A program made the position numbers and the translations under genes. Shown here piece after piece: positions 13,569 through 26,149 of a stretch of DNA of 64,000 bases (the first letter of the stretch is position 1; the number at the start of each line of letters is the position of its first letter). Below the pieces are notes generated by a model. That model did not search any database, was not told where the DNA came from, and saw nothing but the letters and a program-made list of their open reading frames with translations. Origin of the DNA: Sphyrna mokarran (Eukaryota); contig JAGIQG010000027.1 of NCBI GenBank assembly GCA_024679065.1, forward strand, positions 6,076,001 to 6,140,000, given 5' to 3'.

Positions 13569-14891
13569 TATGAGATCACAGAGTACTTGAAAGTGTATGA
13601 TAAAATGGACTGAGTCAGCATGGCTTCATCATGGGGAGGTCATGTCTGACAAATCTGTTAGAGTTCTTTGAGGAGATAACAAGGAAGTTAAATAAAGGAG
13701 AACCAGTGGAGGTGATTTATTTAGATTTCCAAAAAGCCTTTGATAAGATGCTATATAGGAGACTTAAATAAGTTAAGAGCAAGATCCTGACATGGAGGAT
13801 TGGCTGACTGGCAGAAGGCAGAGAGTGGAGACAAAGGGGTCTTTTTCAGGATGGCAGGCTATGACTAGTGATATGCTTCAAGGGTTGGTGCTGGGACCAC
13901 AACTTTTTACAATATATATTAATGATTTGGCAGGAGGAACTAAAGACACTGTTGCCAAGTTTACAGATAATACAAAGATTTTTAGAGGGACAGGTAGTAT
14001 TGAGGAGGCAGATTCCTCATACGACAAGCTCTTCATTTCAGGGATCATTCTTGTGAACCTCCCTGGACTCTTTCCAAGGACAGCACACCCTTCCTTAGAA
14101 ATGGGGCCTGAAACTGCTCACAGTACTCCAAATGGGGTCTGACCAGAGCCTTATACAGCCTCAAAAGTATATCCTTGCTCTTGTATTCTAACCCGCTTGA
14201 CCTGAATGCTGACATTGCATTTGCCTTTCTAATTGCCAACAACCTGCACATTAATCTTAAGAGAATCTTGAACAAGGACTCCCAAATCCCTTTGTGTTTC
14301 TGATTTCCTAAGCATTTCCCTATTTAGAAAGTAGTCTATGCCTTCATTCCTCCTTCTAAGGTGCATAACTTCACACTTTTCCAATTATATTCCATCTGCC
14401 ACTATTTCGCTCACCTCCTAACTGTCCAAGTCCTTCTGTTGTCCACCTGCCGCCTCAATACTACCTGTCCCTCTGCATATCTTTGTATCATCTGTAAACT
14501 TGGCAACAGTGTCTTTAGTTCCTCCTGCCAAATCGTTAATGTATATTGTGAAAAATTGTGATCCCAGCACCAACCCTTGAAGCATATCACTAGTCATAGC
14601 CTGCCATCCTGAAAAAGACCCCTTTTGTCTCCACTCTCTGCCTTCTGCCAGTCAGCCAATCCTCCATGTCAGGATCTTGCTCTTAACTTATTTAAGTCTC
14701 CTATATGGCATCTTATCAAAGGCTTTTTGGAAATCTAAATAAATCACCTCCACTGGTTCTCCTTTTATTTAACTTCCTTGTTATCTCCTCAAAGAACTCT
14801 AACAGATTTGTCAGACATGACCTCCCCATGATGAAACTGTGCTGACTCAGTCCATTTTATTACACACTTTCAAGTACTCTGTGGTTTCATA
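13569..14891. repeat. Inverted duplication of a CR1 RT segment (13569-14011 vs ~14447-14891)
   Basis: About 440 bp match as reverse complements with only scattered substitutions. Both arms share the same lesions, e.g. 'aagttaagagcaagatcctgacatggagg'. Confidence 0.95.
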
Positions 14892-15019
14892 GTTAATAAC
14901 AGATTCTAAAATCTGCCAATGACCGAAGTCAGTCTAACTGGCTTATAATTTCCTGTCTACTGCTCCCTTCTCTTAAACAGCACTGTTACATACACTACTT
15001 TCTAGTCCTCTGGATTCTT

Positions 15020-18000
15020 CTGATACACCTGCTTGAAAATAAAACCGACAGAACGCATAATCCTCTGAGTTTTATCCTAAACAGGTCTAACTGGTTGTAC
15101 ACAATAAATTGTTTAAGAACTCCATTGCCTTAACCAAGACACTACGTCTATGTATTGTCCAGTCAGACCCTTTTCTAGTGCAGCATAGGCTCATAGGGAG
15201 GTGATCATGGCACTTTTGGCCTTAGGATCCTGTTGCTACTTGTTACAGCCTTGTAAGTCGGGTCCTCCTCATTGAGCCAGATGAACAGTGGCAGGTCCGT
15301 ACCCAACAGACTTATGACTGAACCTGGGTTCCTTTTGCTCTTTCCTTTCCTCCAGAATAAACGGTTTACATTGGTTGATGTGAAATGATTTTGTCCTGGA
15401 AAGCTTTGCTGTATAGGTCATGGCGTTCAAATTGTCAACAGTGCTGTATGGCCTCATGTGCAGTGGTTCAAGCACCCCTAGTGTGGAATTGTGTCTGCCT
15501 ATCAACATGTCTCCTATTTTCTATTCATAATGACACTGCATTCAAGCAGCCACTGGTTCTGGGAGTACTGCTTCCCTAGAATGCTGGCAGCTTGCCAGTG
15601 AATATTTCAAAGTTCCTTCTACAGAAGTCCTAGTCCTGTGTGTGGGAGTACTAATTCTCTTCCTGCCATGAGTTTATGGAAAGAGTATCCTTTTGCTTTT
15701 AGAAGGATTGGCTTGAACTCCCATAAGGATTAGCAAAAGGGTTTAGTCCCACTGCTGAGGGAAATGGTGCTTCCTTCAACCTTTCTTTTTAAAGTAAGGT
15801 TCATGTGCTCAGCAGCACCTGAAGACTGCTGCTTGAGACACATGCCATCCTCTATGCATTCCCAGGAGTTTGGTGTTCTCCCTCTTGAATTGGCCCATGA
15901 AGTGACTCTTCTATCCCTATGTGGAGCAATTCCCACAAGAGAACACTGGTGAGGTAAATGTAATAGCTGATCTACAAGGACAAACTTCCACCCATTTGGA
16001 TAACATATTGACCAGGTCCAAGCAGCAGTTGTTTCCAACCTCTGTCCTTGGTAGTAATCCAATAAAATCTATCTGCACAGATCACCATATCCCCTCAACC
16101 CTCCTTGTGTGTCCTAAGGGTCCCTTCCTTTTTTGGGGTCGGGATTGTTTGCCATGCACTCCAAACTTTTTTCATGAGTTTCATGAAGAGCCTACCTCTT
16201 CTACTCTCTTCAAGATAGCTTTCGGCCTCAGATGTCCTATTTCTGGACAAGTGTGGGTCAATTAAAGGAATTATTCCTAGTGCTATTCAGGAACCACTCA
16301 CCTTTAAAAGGGACCACTCCTTTAAAAAGCAAACCCATTTTCACAGCCATGTCTGCTACCCTGGGCAGACCCTCAAACTTTGCCTCCTCACCAACTTTCC
16401 TAGGGTCACTCTGATAATTCTCTAGATCTCTGCCTGGACCTTGGTTAGGTCTGGGGCACCCCTGAGTCCATCCTATGTTGTTAACATCACCCTGAGTCTA
16501 TCCTATGTTCTGGATTGCTGTGACTGGTCCTGTTAAACAGGATTCCCAGAATTATCTATTTCTTCCTCCCTGTTTTATTAGCTTATCAGCCTTAAAGTTT
16601 TTCTGCTGTCTTGGTCTGACTTGGAGTGTTCTTTCAGTTTGTGGATGTAGAAGCCTTCTCCACTGTCTATGGCTGCATAGATTGTTTGCAACATAGGAGC
16701 TGTTGGTAGGGGTTTCCTGCCTGAAAAATCATGATGACTTTAAATCACCAAAAACTCTGTACAAGAGTTGCAGGTGAACAGTCAGTCCAAACAAATGGTG
16801 TAAGCAATGGGAAGTTCCTCCAGGTGTATAATGATATATGCCATGCCATGAGTTCTGTGTATTGGGTAGCCATGGTATTGGGGAATTTATTTGTCTTAAG
16901 GTGTGGGATTTATGAACCTATGAGGTATGTCCCTTTTTATGAGAAAACTTCTTTCTACAAATCATTCTACGATTTTACAATTCTAACTTGAACCATCAAC
17001 ATAGATATCTCGACTAGTAGGGTGGACTGTGGCCACGAACCTTATGTCATGATCCCAAACTTCTTCAGTTGTGCACCTATGAGATTCTCCTGCACATGTG
17101 AAGTTCATAGTGAGTTTGGGTTCCTCGCATCTTCAAATTCAGCTGAGATAGTAGTAAAGTCCAATGTGAAATGCAAGCTTTGCTCTCTGTGCTATCCTTT
17201 ATCCTACTGTCCAGCAGCATTTGAGTGGGAATATGATGGGTTAGCAATGTGATGAGTGAGTGCCTCATGAAAAGCAGAATGCTTTACAGGTCAATATGTG
17301 GCAAAAAGATACCTTTCGCAGATGGACTACCCTTGCTCCATGCCTGCAAGGACTATTGACACTGCACCATAGGCCTTAGCTTGCTGTGTTAATCCTGGAG
17401 CAACACTGCACCCAAGATATCCCTACTGCTGGTTGTCTCCAAGAAGAAATCCTCAACCCCATTAATCACCCCTAGTGCAGATACCATTTGAAGGTCCTCT
17501 ATGAGGTGCATGAATGCTGCCTGGCAATTCTCATCCATTCACATTTTATTCCCTTTTGGGAAGAGCTGGAGCAAAAAGACTGCTGTGGTGATATAGTCCT
17601 CAATGAACTCATGGCAGTACCCTGAGAGTCCCAGGAAAATCTGTAATGTTCTTTGATACTGGCAACTCCTGCACTGCTTTCTTCTTTGCGTGATCTATGC
17701 TGCGCTCTTCTGCCCAGGTGGTCAAACCCAGAAATTTTACTACGGACTGACTAATCTGGGCTTTCATGGATTTCACCTTGAATCTGGGCCTAGCAATTCT
17801 GCTAAGAATAGGCTGTCTTTTTCCTGAGAAGACCATCTCTGAGAAGAGCAAATCATCCACGTGTTGGACTGATGGGCATAGTAGGCTGAACACCTCAAAT
17901 ATATCAGCCACGCTCTAGTGGAAGATAGGCTGTTGTGGAATCCCTAGAGAAGAGAAGTCCAAGAATGTTGGCCTTTAAATGAAAACAAACAAACCCCTAC

Positions 18001-18130
18001 TGGTCTTTCTGTTTTAAAGGAATTGGCCAGAACCCTTTTGAAATATCCAGCACAAATGTGGTTGTGGTGGCTGCAATGCTTTGAGGTTGGCTACTGCCAC
18101 TACAGTAGGCATGTATCCTGGAGTGTCATC
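15020..18130 (-). mobile_element. pol: Decayed endogenous retrovirus-like pol (RT, tether, RNase H, integrase); loki/foamy-like motifs
   Basis: Minus-strand translation with stops and frameshifts. RT: FVLDISKGFWPIPL (~18015-18056), WTSLL*GFHNS, VQHVDDLL. Tether: FLGLSGYC, LETTSS..LGAVLLQ, ITLLTHHIPTQMLLD. Second RNase H: DIYVDGSS (16986-17009), TQYTELMA, YIHKLKEHS..ADKL. Integrase: VQIDFIGLLP, SKWVEVCP, QSSGAAEHMNLTLK, and C-terminal PY..VD..Y..FHINQCK. Confidence 0.85.
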
Positions 18131-18132
18131 AG

Positions 18133-18262
18133 CAAAATACTGCAGATGCTGAAATCTGAATCAAAAACAGAAAATACTGGAAAATCGCAGCAGGTCAGAC
18201 AGCATCAATGGACAGAATACAGCCAATGTTTCAAATCTGGATAACCCTTACGAAGAGCTCTG
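18133..18262. mobile_element. Penelope-derived terminal fragment abutting the retroviral RT
   Basis: 'aaaatactgcagatgctgaaatctgaatcaaaaacagaaaatactggaaaatc' matches 22745-22800. Confidence 0.65.
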
Positions 18263-20082
18263 CACATCAAGCAAATCTTGCTGAAAGATCTAGTGATCTC
18301 TCTCTGCTGTGGATTTCACCTCTTGTGCTTTATAGTGATTCAGCAGCTACTTGCAGCAGTGCATACTGAGCTTTGACAGCATAGAATAGCAGTGATTTGA
18401 TTGGCTTGTCCAAGGAGCTAATCAGATTTAAAAAACTTAAACAGACACACAAATAAGAAGCAAAAACAGGAAAGTCAAATCACTTGTTTAAAAAACTTTG
18501 CTTTTAATAAATTAAAGATTGAAACACACAGGGTTCTTCAGAAGGACTTCTTCAAAATACAGATAATGAAAATATAACAATCAGTACTCCAACTTATAAA
18601 TCAAAGAAAGAGTTTAATAAAGAAACTTCATTACTCTGAATTTGGAGGCCGTGCCCCGGGCCATTCGAAACACTCCACAATTCCAAACAGGTTCTTATTT
18701 ATAGTGAGTCAGTTGACTATTACATACTCTGTAATTGGTTCCATGGTTTACTGGGTCAGTTGATCCTTATAGCTTGTTACCATTGGTCACATTAATCCAA
18801 TACAAAGTTGTCACTGGTTACATTCTAACAGGGTGAAGATATAAGCTGCAATATTCTGAAGCTTTTTAAAGCAAAATTTCAAAAATATTGTTCAAAATTT
18901 ACTAAATTTTAAATTATTTTTCAGGAGCCAGTTCTGTTCATCAAATGCTATTAGTTATATCACCATTTGAAAACTTTGTTATAATTTATTCAATGAGGTG
19001 TAACGTTTTAAAGGATTTGGAACCATGAAAGAAAGTTTTGAGAGTGTTTGGAAAGACAAAGAGATGAGATGAAGAAATTTGAAGTAGAAAATCGATGGGG
19101 TAATAATAAAGTAGAACATATGGACCACTGTCAGACAAAAAGAACTCAGAGGTTACTGAGGCAGGGGTAGAACAAGGCTGTTAAAATACAAAGTAGAGAG
19201 GATTTTGAAATTGATTTGGAGAAGTATAAGGAGACTAGCAATAGTGAGAAGCGAATCGTGTGGTTTTGAATGGTTGATTAAGGGTACAGGCAGTTCCATT
19301 CTGATGGTGTTGCAGTTTATGGAGAATAGATTCTTCCTCCCTGCTCCTGCTCTGCCTATTTGTAGCTTGGTTGCAAAATCAGCAAAGTGAATCATGATCT
19401 GTAGTATAAATCTTTCATATAATGGATAGATATTTGAAGGCAAGATGGCATAAAATTGAGAATGAATTGAATATATAGCTTCCCCCCCCAACAATTCATA
19501 AAAGTAAGTTGTAGCCAACTGCCACTACATCAATAATGTAAGCTGATTTATCTCTTTGTGCAAAAATACTTGTATCTGTTTGCTTGGACCTTTGAATGAC
19601 TATAGCTGGAAATGCTGCAGAAAGAAGGAATCAAACTTGAGTCATAGTCCTTAAGATCCTCAAGACAGAATATCATGTGCATAAGTTAGTAATGAATCAG
19701 TAAATATTAGCAAAATAAGTCTCAACATCAGGTTATGTTACATTATTAGCAAAATGACTTGGTTATATGATTTTGGAATCATGAGTCAAACAGATTGAAT
19801 AATTAAATAGTTTTTACTCTTTGCAGCCATTTCTGTGTGTCATCACAGAATGTCCTTTACAGCACTTGATTTCAAAACATTCATATCTTTATTAGAATTT
19901 TGTTAAAGGTCATAAACCAGCTTTCATTTCTCTGATTTTATGGCTTACTATTTAATTGGGTGATAGTTCTTATGACCCTTGCACTGTATTTATTAGCAGC
20001 TTTCTCACTTACAAGATTTGATTATGGAAATTCGATTGTACCTGTTCAGCATCTCAATATTTTAAGAAACTCTTAAGCTGAA

Positions 20083-20710
20083 AACATAAGACATTACAGT
20101 GCAGTACAGGCCCTTCAGCCCTTGATGTTGAGCCAACCTATGGAACCAATCTAAAGCCCATTTGATCTACACTATTCCAATATCATCCATATATTTATCC
20201 AATGGCCGTAATATTGGCAAGTCCACTACTGTTGCAGTTAGGGCATTTCACGTTCTTACTATTGAGTAAAGAATCTGCCTCTCACATCTGTCCTTTTGCT
20301 ATCATCTCTCAATTTAAAGCTATGTCCCCTCATGCCAGCCATCTCCATCCGAGGAAAAGGGCTCTCACTGTCCACCCTATATAATCCTCTGATCGTCTTT
20401 ATATGCCTCTATTAAGTCACCTTTTAACTTTCTCTCTAATGAAAACAGCCTCAAGTCCTTCAATCTTTCCTCATAAGACCTTCCCACCATACCAGGCAAC
20501 ATCCTGGTAAACCTCCTGTACCCTTTCCAATGCTTGCATATCTTTCCTATAATGCGGCGACCAGAACTGTACGCAGTAGTCCAAATGTGGCTGCACCAGA
20601 GTTTTGTACAGCTGCAATATGACCTCATGGCTCTGAAACTCAATTCCTCTACCAATAAAAGCTAAAATACCAAACGCCTTCTTAACAACCCTATCAATCT
20701 GGATGCCAAT
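20083..20710 (-). mobile_element. 5'-truncated CR1 LINE
   Basis: ORFs 20471..20725 and 20377..20655 (LYKTLVQPHLDYCVQFWSP; LFSLERK.GDLIEAYK) plus a CR1 tail at 20083-20130. Confidence 0.9.
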
Positions 20711-22215
20711 AGTGTAATAACACATTTCGTATGAAATTCTTTTGCTATTTTAATAAGGCATTTAATTCTAGATTAAAATTTTAAAATGAAATTATCTGTT
20801 TGAGCATATCTCTTATGATGAATGAAAACACTGGTACATGCTTTATTAACATTTTATTGCTGAGCTGCTTTTTCAAACTTTGAGTTGTATGTTGACTTAA
20901 TGGCTTCTGTGGGTTTTAAAAAATTTTGATCAATGAATGAGAATTGGCTTGAGGTAAGATTTTGTTAGATGACACTTGGATTTTATTTATTTTTGTTACT
21001 ATGGTCAATAATGCTTAAAAAATGTTCTGGACCAATGTAAATTTAAAATGTACTGAATCACTGGAATATGCTTCTGGTCAACATTTCTTATAGTATGTCA
21101 CATTCCTTATCTGTGAAAACCAAATAAAGACAATTATCATTTGTTATTACGATTAGTACTAAGATTGCCTATCTTTTAAATAGTAACTTAGCAAGGTCAA
21201 TAATCCTTTTATCTTTTGTGTTCAACATACTCTGCGCAACTGAATCTTGGGAGCAGGCATTGAATCTACTAATGCAGCACCAGGAGTTCAAAATTGTTAT
21301 TAATCTGCAACTATTTCTATCTCAGCACATTCCTGAAATGAAAGTGATTTTTTTTTTGTATACTAGAATCTATCTAAATACATCACTTTGTTCTGGTGAA
21401 CAAAAGCTGTGGGTATATTTTGCACTATTAATAAAGCGTTTTTAAAGGCTTGACTTAGGACTGATCTGTTTTTGAACTTTATCAAGTCAAGACTTGAGTA
21501 TAGGGTTTAAGATGCAGGTCATTTAGAATTTGCTCTTTACAGTTTGAAGTTTCATGCCAAAGATCTTAACTTGAGCTCATAAATTTTCTGAACTTTTCCC
21601 ATGTATTTGCTTGCCTTTTAAAGAAAAGAATCTAAAGCTTTCTGAGATTTGTTTCTTAATTGACATAAATTTGACCAACATGATCCTTGTATTCATTCTC
21701 TGATCTCTGAAAATGAATCTGGAGCAGTGACTATTGTGTAATATTCCACAGCTTTATTGTTGAATTGAACATTGCAAATAAATCAAGTTTTTATTATAAT
21801 TGTACATTGGGCTGTGGTGAGCAACTTTTTTTGATTTGCATCAGTGCAAATCAAATAGAAGCTATTTGCATGAACAGTGCAAATGAAGCCATTGTTAACA
21901 TAAAATGTTATTTGTAGTTGCCAATATGATGCCCAAAGATGAACAGACAGTCTGAGACTACATCCTTTTTAGATGGAATGATTGTACTGTTTTATATGTT
22001 AATTTACAGAGGCAATTTTCAGTTTTGAAGAAATGCTGAATTCACAGATGGCTCTACAGAGAGACTGAATAAAATCCAAGTGACTTAGTGCCAACTTTTT
22101 TTTGTATGCCTCTTAGTTAGAGTAATATTAGGCATCACATGCAACTAAGATGATGTAATAATTGGAAATAATCAACAGATCTGGCAGTAACTGTGGAGAG
22201 AGAAAAACAGTAAGT

Positions 22216-22415
22216 GGCCAAAATTTTCTTGCTGTTCCCGCTGGAGGGATCTTCTAGTCCTGCCGATGATGAATCCCTGCTGACGGCTTCCCGGTGGTAT
22301 GAATGAAGTGAATGTTGACAGCGCAGGACCAGAAGATTCTGCTGCAGGCCAGTGGAGCGCTGGCTACTTCCACTGCAATGAAACATGAAACGGAAGATGT
22401 GGAAAATCCTGCCCA
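22216..22415. mobile_element. GC-rich MITE-like element
   Basis: Imperfect terminal inverted repeats ('ggccaaaattttc'...'gaaaatcctgccc') and an internal inverted pair 'atcttctagtcctgc'/'gcaggaccagaagat'. Confidence 0.5.
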
Positions 22416-22739
22416 AAGTTTCAGATAATGTTTCTTTTAAGATAGCAGTTATGCAGACACCTGGAACATAGGTGTACAATGTAAGAGGACCTAAAGAAGG
22501 ACCTCAACAACAAATAGGTAAATTAGTACACGCTTTCAAGAAAAAAGCCATATTTGATGAAAGCTGCAGAAATAAGTGCCTAATATGTCTGTTTATAACT
22601 TAATTTTCATTGTCCATTTGGCATATTGTTCTGGATGCCAAATATTTGCAACTCTTTGTGCTATAGATTAAACCAACATTTAACTATAAAGAGCTATTTT
22701 TTCAAATATTGGTACTTTACTAAGTATGATGTACTGAGA

Positions 22740-23775
22740 AAAAAGCAAAATACTGTGGATGCTGGAATCTGAAACAAAAATAGAAAATGCTAGAAAATCT
22801 CAGGCTTGACGCATTTCGTGGAGAGAGAATAGAGCCAGTGTTTCGAATTGGGATGACCATTTTGTCTTAGCTGAAGACAAAGAAAATTGGACAAGATTTA
22901 TATTGTGAGGGTAAATGTGTTCGGGGGAACACTGTCATTGATAGGAATGGCAGACACGAAGCGAATGTAAATGGTGATGTCGAAGGTAGGAATAATGCTC
23001 AGAATGTGCAAATGGCTGAACAAAGGTGCAGAGTGCAAGAATGCCACAAATGGCTTTTTGGGGGGAAGGCTGAAACAAGAGAGAAAGTGAAATTTTAGCA
23101 GTGGAAAAGTAAAAATAAAACCATAAAGTAATAAAAATGGATAAATAAGTTGAAAAGAAATAAAATAAATGGAGATGGGAATGGAGGTGGAGAAAAGAGT
23201 TAATGCTCTGAAGTTGTTGAACTCGATGCTTAGTCCAGAAGGCTTTAAGGATCTTAATTGGAAGACGAGGTGCTGTTTCTCCAGGTTACATTGGGCTTCA
23301 CTGGAATATTGTAAAAAATTAAGGACAGGCATATGGACGAGAGAGCAGGGTGGTGTGTTGAAATGGTAAGGAGCAGGAAAGTCTGGGTCCTGCTTATGAA
23401 TGGACCGTAGGTATTTTGTTAAACAGTCATCCATTCTATGTTTGTTCTCTCTGATTTAGAGTAGACTGCATTGGAAGCAGCGAATGCAATAGACCGGTTT
23501 GAAAAAGGTGCATGTGAAGTGCCGCTACACCTGAAAATTGTTTGGGCCCTGGGATGGTGAGCAAGGAAGGTGAAGTGCTATGTGTTGCACCTTCTATGAT
23601 TGCATGGGAAGATGCCATTGGCAGTGGGTGAGCTGTTGAGTGTGATGGAGGAGTGGACCTGGGTGTCCCAGAAGCAGTACTCCCTGCGGAGTGCTGACAG
23701 AGTGAATGGATAATGTGTTAAGTGGTGGCATCGTACTGGAGTTGGGGGAAATAGTGGAGGATGATCCTTTGAATA
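22740..23775 (-). mobile_element. Penelope-like element, GIY-YIG endonuclease C-terminus plus 3' region
   Basis: ORF 22898..23434 begins YLRSIHKQDPDFPAPYHFN...EKQHLVFQLRSLKPSGLSIEFNNF, typical of a Penelope GIY-YIG end (HFN...E..LIF.L..L.P.GLN.EF). A Cys-rich segment lies upstream at 23440-23540. Confidence 0.85.
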
Positions 23776-25717
23776 ATATACTGAGCTTGGTTACTGCATT
23801 AGATTTATATTAATGCCTGTTGTGTCTGTTGTAGTTCCTCTGGTCTCCAGAGAAACATTTTAGCTTTTACTGGCAGAATTTGTAATGCTTGCTATGAGGT
23901 CTTGTATCAAATTAATTAAAGAAAATACTCTGTTCTCCATAACACTAAATTGAAAGACTGGGTGAAAACATGGCAAAGAATTAAGTATTTAGCTTTGAAG
24001 ATTTTAAAATGATGGGCATTCATCTTTTGTGGAAAGCTGCTTTTTGAATTGCCTAATCTGTTGGATTGCAATAAAAAGTTATAGTTATATACATCTTACC
24101 CATGTAATTATCTAAATGCTTTTTAAAAGAAAATTGTACCCCCTTCTGCTACTATCTCTGGCAGCTTGTTTCAGATGATCTCTAGATGGTCCTGGTGGTT
24201 TCAAAGAAGCTTCACAAATTGTGAATAGTATAGTATAGCATTTCTTGGATATTTTCTTCCCACCACATGTCTTTATCTTCCTGATTAGTTCTTTATCTTC
24301 CGCATTTGTCTTTGGGCATCAGCCTTGAATTGATGGAATGCTGCCAGACCATAAAGGCTGCATGATGATGCTCAAACAAAATAGTCTGGACACAAGTCTA
24401 GTAAACTGACTTTAATCCCAATGTTTTGGAATTGAATTTGATGTGTTAGTATTTTTTTGATTAATCATGAACTGCATTAGAATTAATCTCCTTGGTTGGG
24501 TTGTTTCAGGCTGAGGCATTGATCCTCTAACTCTTGGACTTTTGGGCCTTGTGATGTCTTGTGCCAGGTGGACATTTGTCACTGATCAAATAAGTCAACG
24601 ATGTCCTGGAGGCATCAGTATGCTTCAGAGAGACTGATTCTGATATCAGTTAGATCTTTGCCCAGAAAAATGATATATTCCAGTAGGTGCCAATCAATGA
24701 TGCCTCCATTTGTTTTTTTTATATTTCTCCTTCTGGGAGAAAGAGGATATTTGTTATAATGAGGCCAGGCTGACCATACTTTATTAGCATAAGAACACCA
24801 TTTGAGTTGTTTTTTCCCAATGGTTGTGCTCCAGATTTTGGAACATGTGTAACTCTAGCATTCAATCCCCCAGGAAGATTTTTTTTTCTTTTTGGATGGC
24901 ATTGAGGACTTCATTGAAGTTTGAATAGATCTTTTCCTCATCTTGAATAAAGTCAAAGGTTAGGACATCAGCACTAATGATGGTGCCATATTGTTAATGA
25001 CTGAGCTGCAGCTGAAATGTTATGAGTTTTTCATAATTGGGAGTTCTGGCAGTGCATGTAAGATTCTATTCTGAAGGTGCTGCAGTATACACGCTCTACA
25101 GGTACACTCCAGTAACTCCCAAAGTGGCTTTGATGTGACCACTCTGTGACTTTTACCATAAAGCAAAAGTAGAGTAGAAATGTTATGGGAACATTATCAT
25201 CTTCAAAGTGCCTTCTCAGTCACATGCCAGCCTATTTGTATAGTGACTGTGTCAAAATTTTGGTATTAGCTAGCTAACACTATTTGTTGGTGTAATAACC
25301 ACATGAACTGCAATAGTTCACTGTATAAGGCCCACCACTTTTTTAAAGGCAACTAAGGATGGGTATTAAGTGTGGCCTCACACAGCTTTTTCACATTTCA
25401 AAGAACAACAGTGAAATTCAAAATCCATCTTTATTTAAAAATTCTGCAAGCATTTTCCTCTCCTGTTCCCCTGTGCAGTTCTGCACTACTCATGGCTCAT
25501 TATAGACTGAGTAGTCATGTGAGAATGTAATGATGAGGCTACAAAAGAAGTGACATGGCAGGGAATGGGAGTTAGAACAAAGAACAACACAGCATGGGAA
25601 CTCCCATGGAGTTATCCCTGGGATTGTGGGCAGAGTGTTGTATATAGCTGTGGAGCACAAGAACTACCTTTGTTGGAAGTCCTTGTCAGTGGTTTACAGA
25701 ACCCACTACTTTTTACA

Positions 25718-25733
25718 TGGTGTCAGGAATTGG
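25718..25733 (+). other. Primer-binding site, tRNA-Leu type
   Basis: tggtgtcaggaattgg directly follows the LTR-terminal CA. It approximates the complement of the tRNA-Leu(CAG) 3' end (TGGTGTCAGGAGTGGG). Confidence 0.7.
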
Positions 25734-26149
25734 TAGAACAGCAAAAGGAATTCACTGCATCGATCCACTATCTTTGACCAAGATGTTGCAAATAGTTAGG
25801 AAAAGTTCCAGAAGGATTAGCATATTTGCTACAGCTCTGTACTTTGTGACAAGAGCTACTGTCGCAAATCCCGTGGGCCCTGAGGTTGTTGAAAAATTTG
25901 AATCGTTTGTTTTCCAGGCTGAGATAATCCCAAAAACAGTTCAAGAGCATCTGATCCCTGGTTTAAAAAAAATTAGTCCTTAATTGACATGGATTCAGTT
26001 CAGTGAACCAAAGAACAGATGAGTCAATGAATCTTACATGGTCACTCTAAAAATATTGGCAAAGAATTCACACTGAAGACCTAAACCACAGATGGAGTAA
26101 TTTGTGAAATATGTGAGAGGCTGGGAATGTTTCTAATGCCTGGGTTCAG

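Larger units (their letters stand above)
12970..15020 (-). mobile_element. Decayed CR1 LINE (RT plus 3' UTR), interrupted twice
   Basis: Minus ORFs 13324..13557 and 14045..14275 (LYKALVRPHLEYC) and RT sequence at 14440-15020. Interrupted by a young CR1 (13033-13233) and by an inverted self-copy (13569-14011). Confidence 0.9.

Noticed and set aside
13569-14891. Apparent excess of G-U wobble over A-C mismatches between the inverted arms
   Set aside because: Too few sites, and CpG decay and transition bias can explain it without selection on RNA structure.
15020-15270. env remnant or env splice acceptor downstream of integrase
   Set aside because: Only a generic 'ttttattttcaagcag' is present on the minus strand before the CR1 begins. 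No env-like peptide is visible.
18560-18830. Possible 5' LTR of the retrovirus-like pol (TG start, CCAAT/TATA-like motifs on minus)
   Set aside because: There is no PBS after it, no second copy, and no gag between it and RT, so it cannot be linked to the element.
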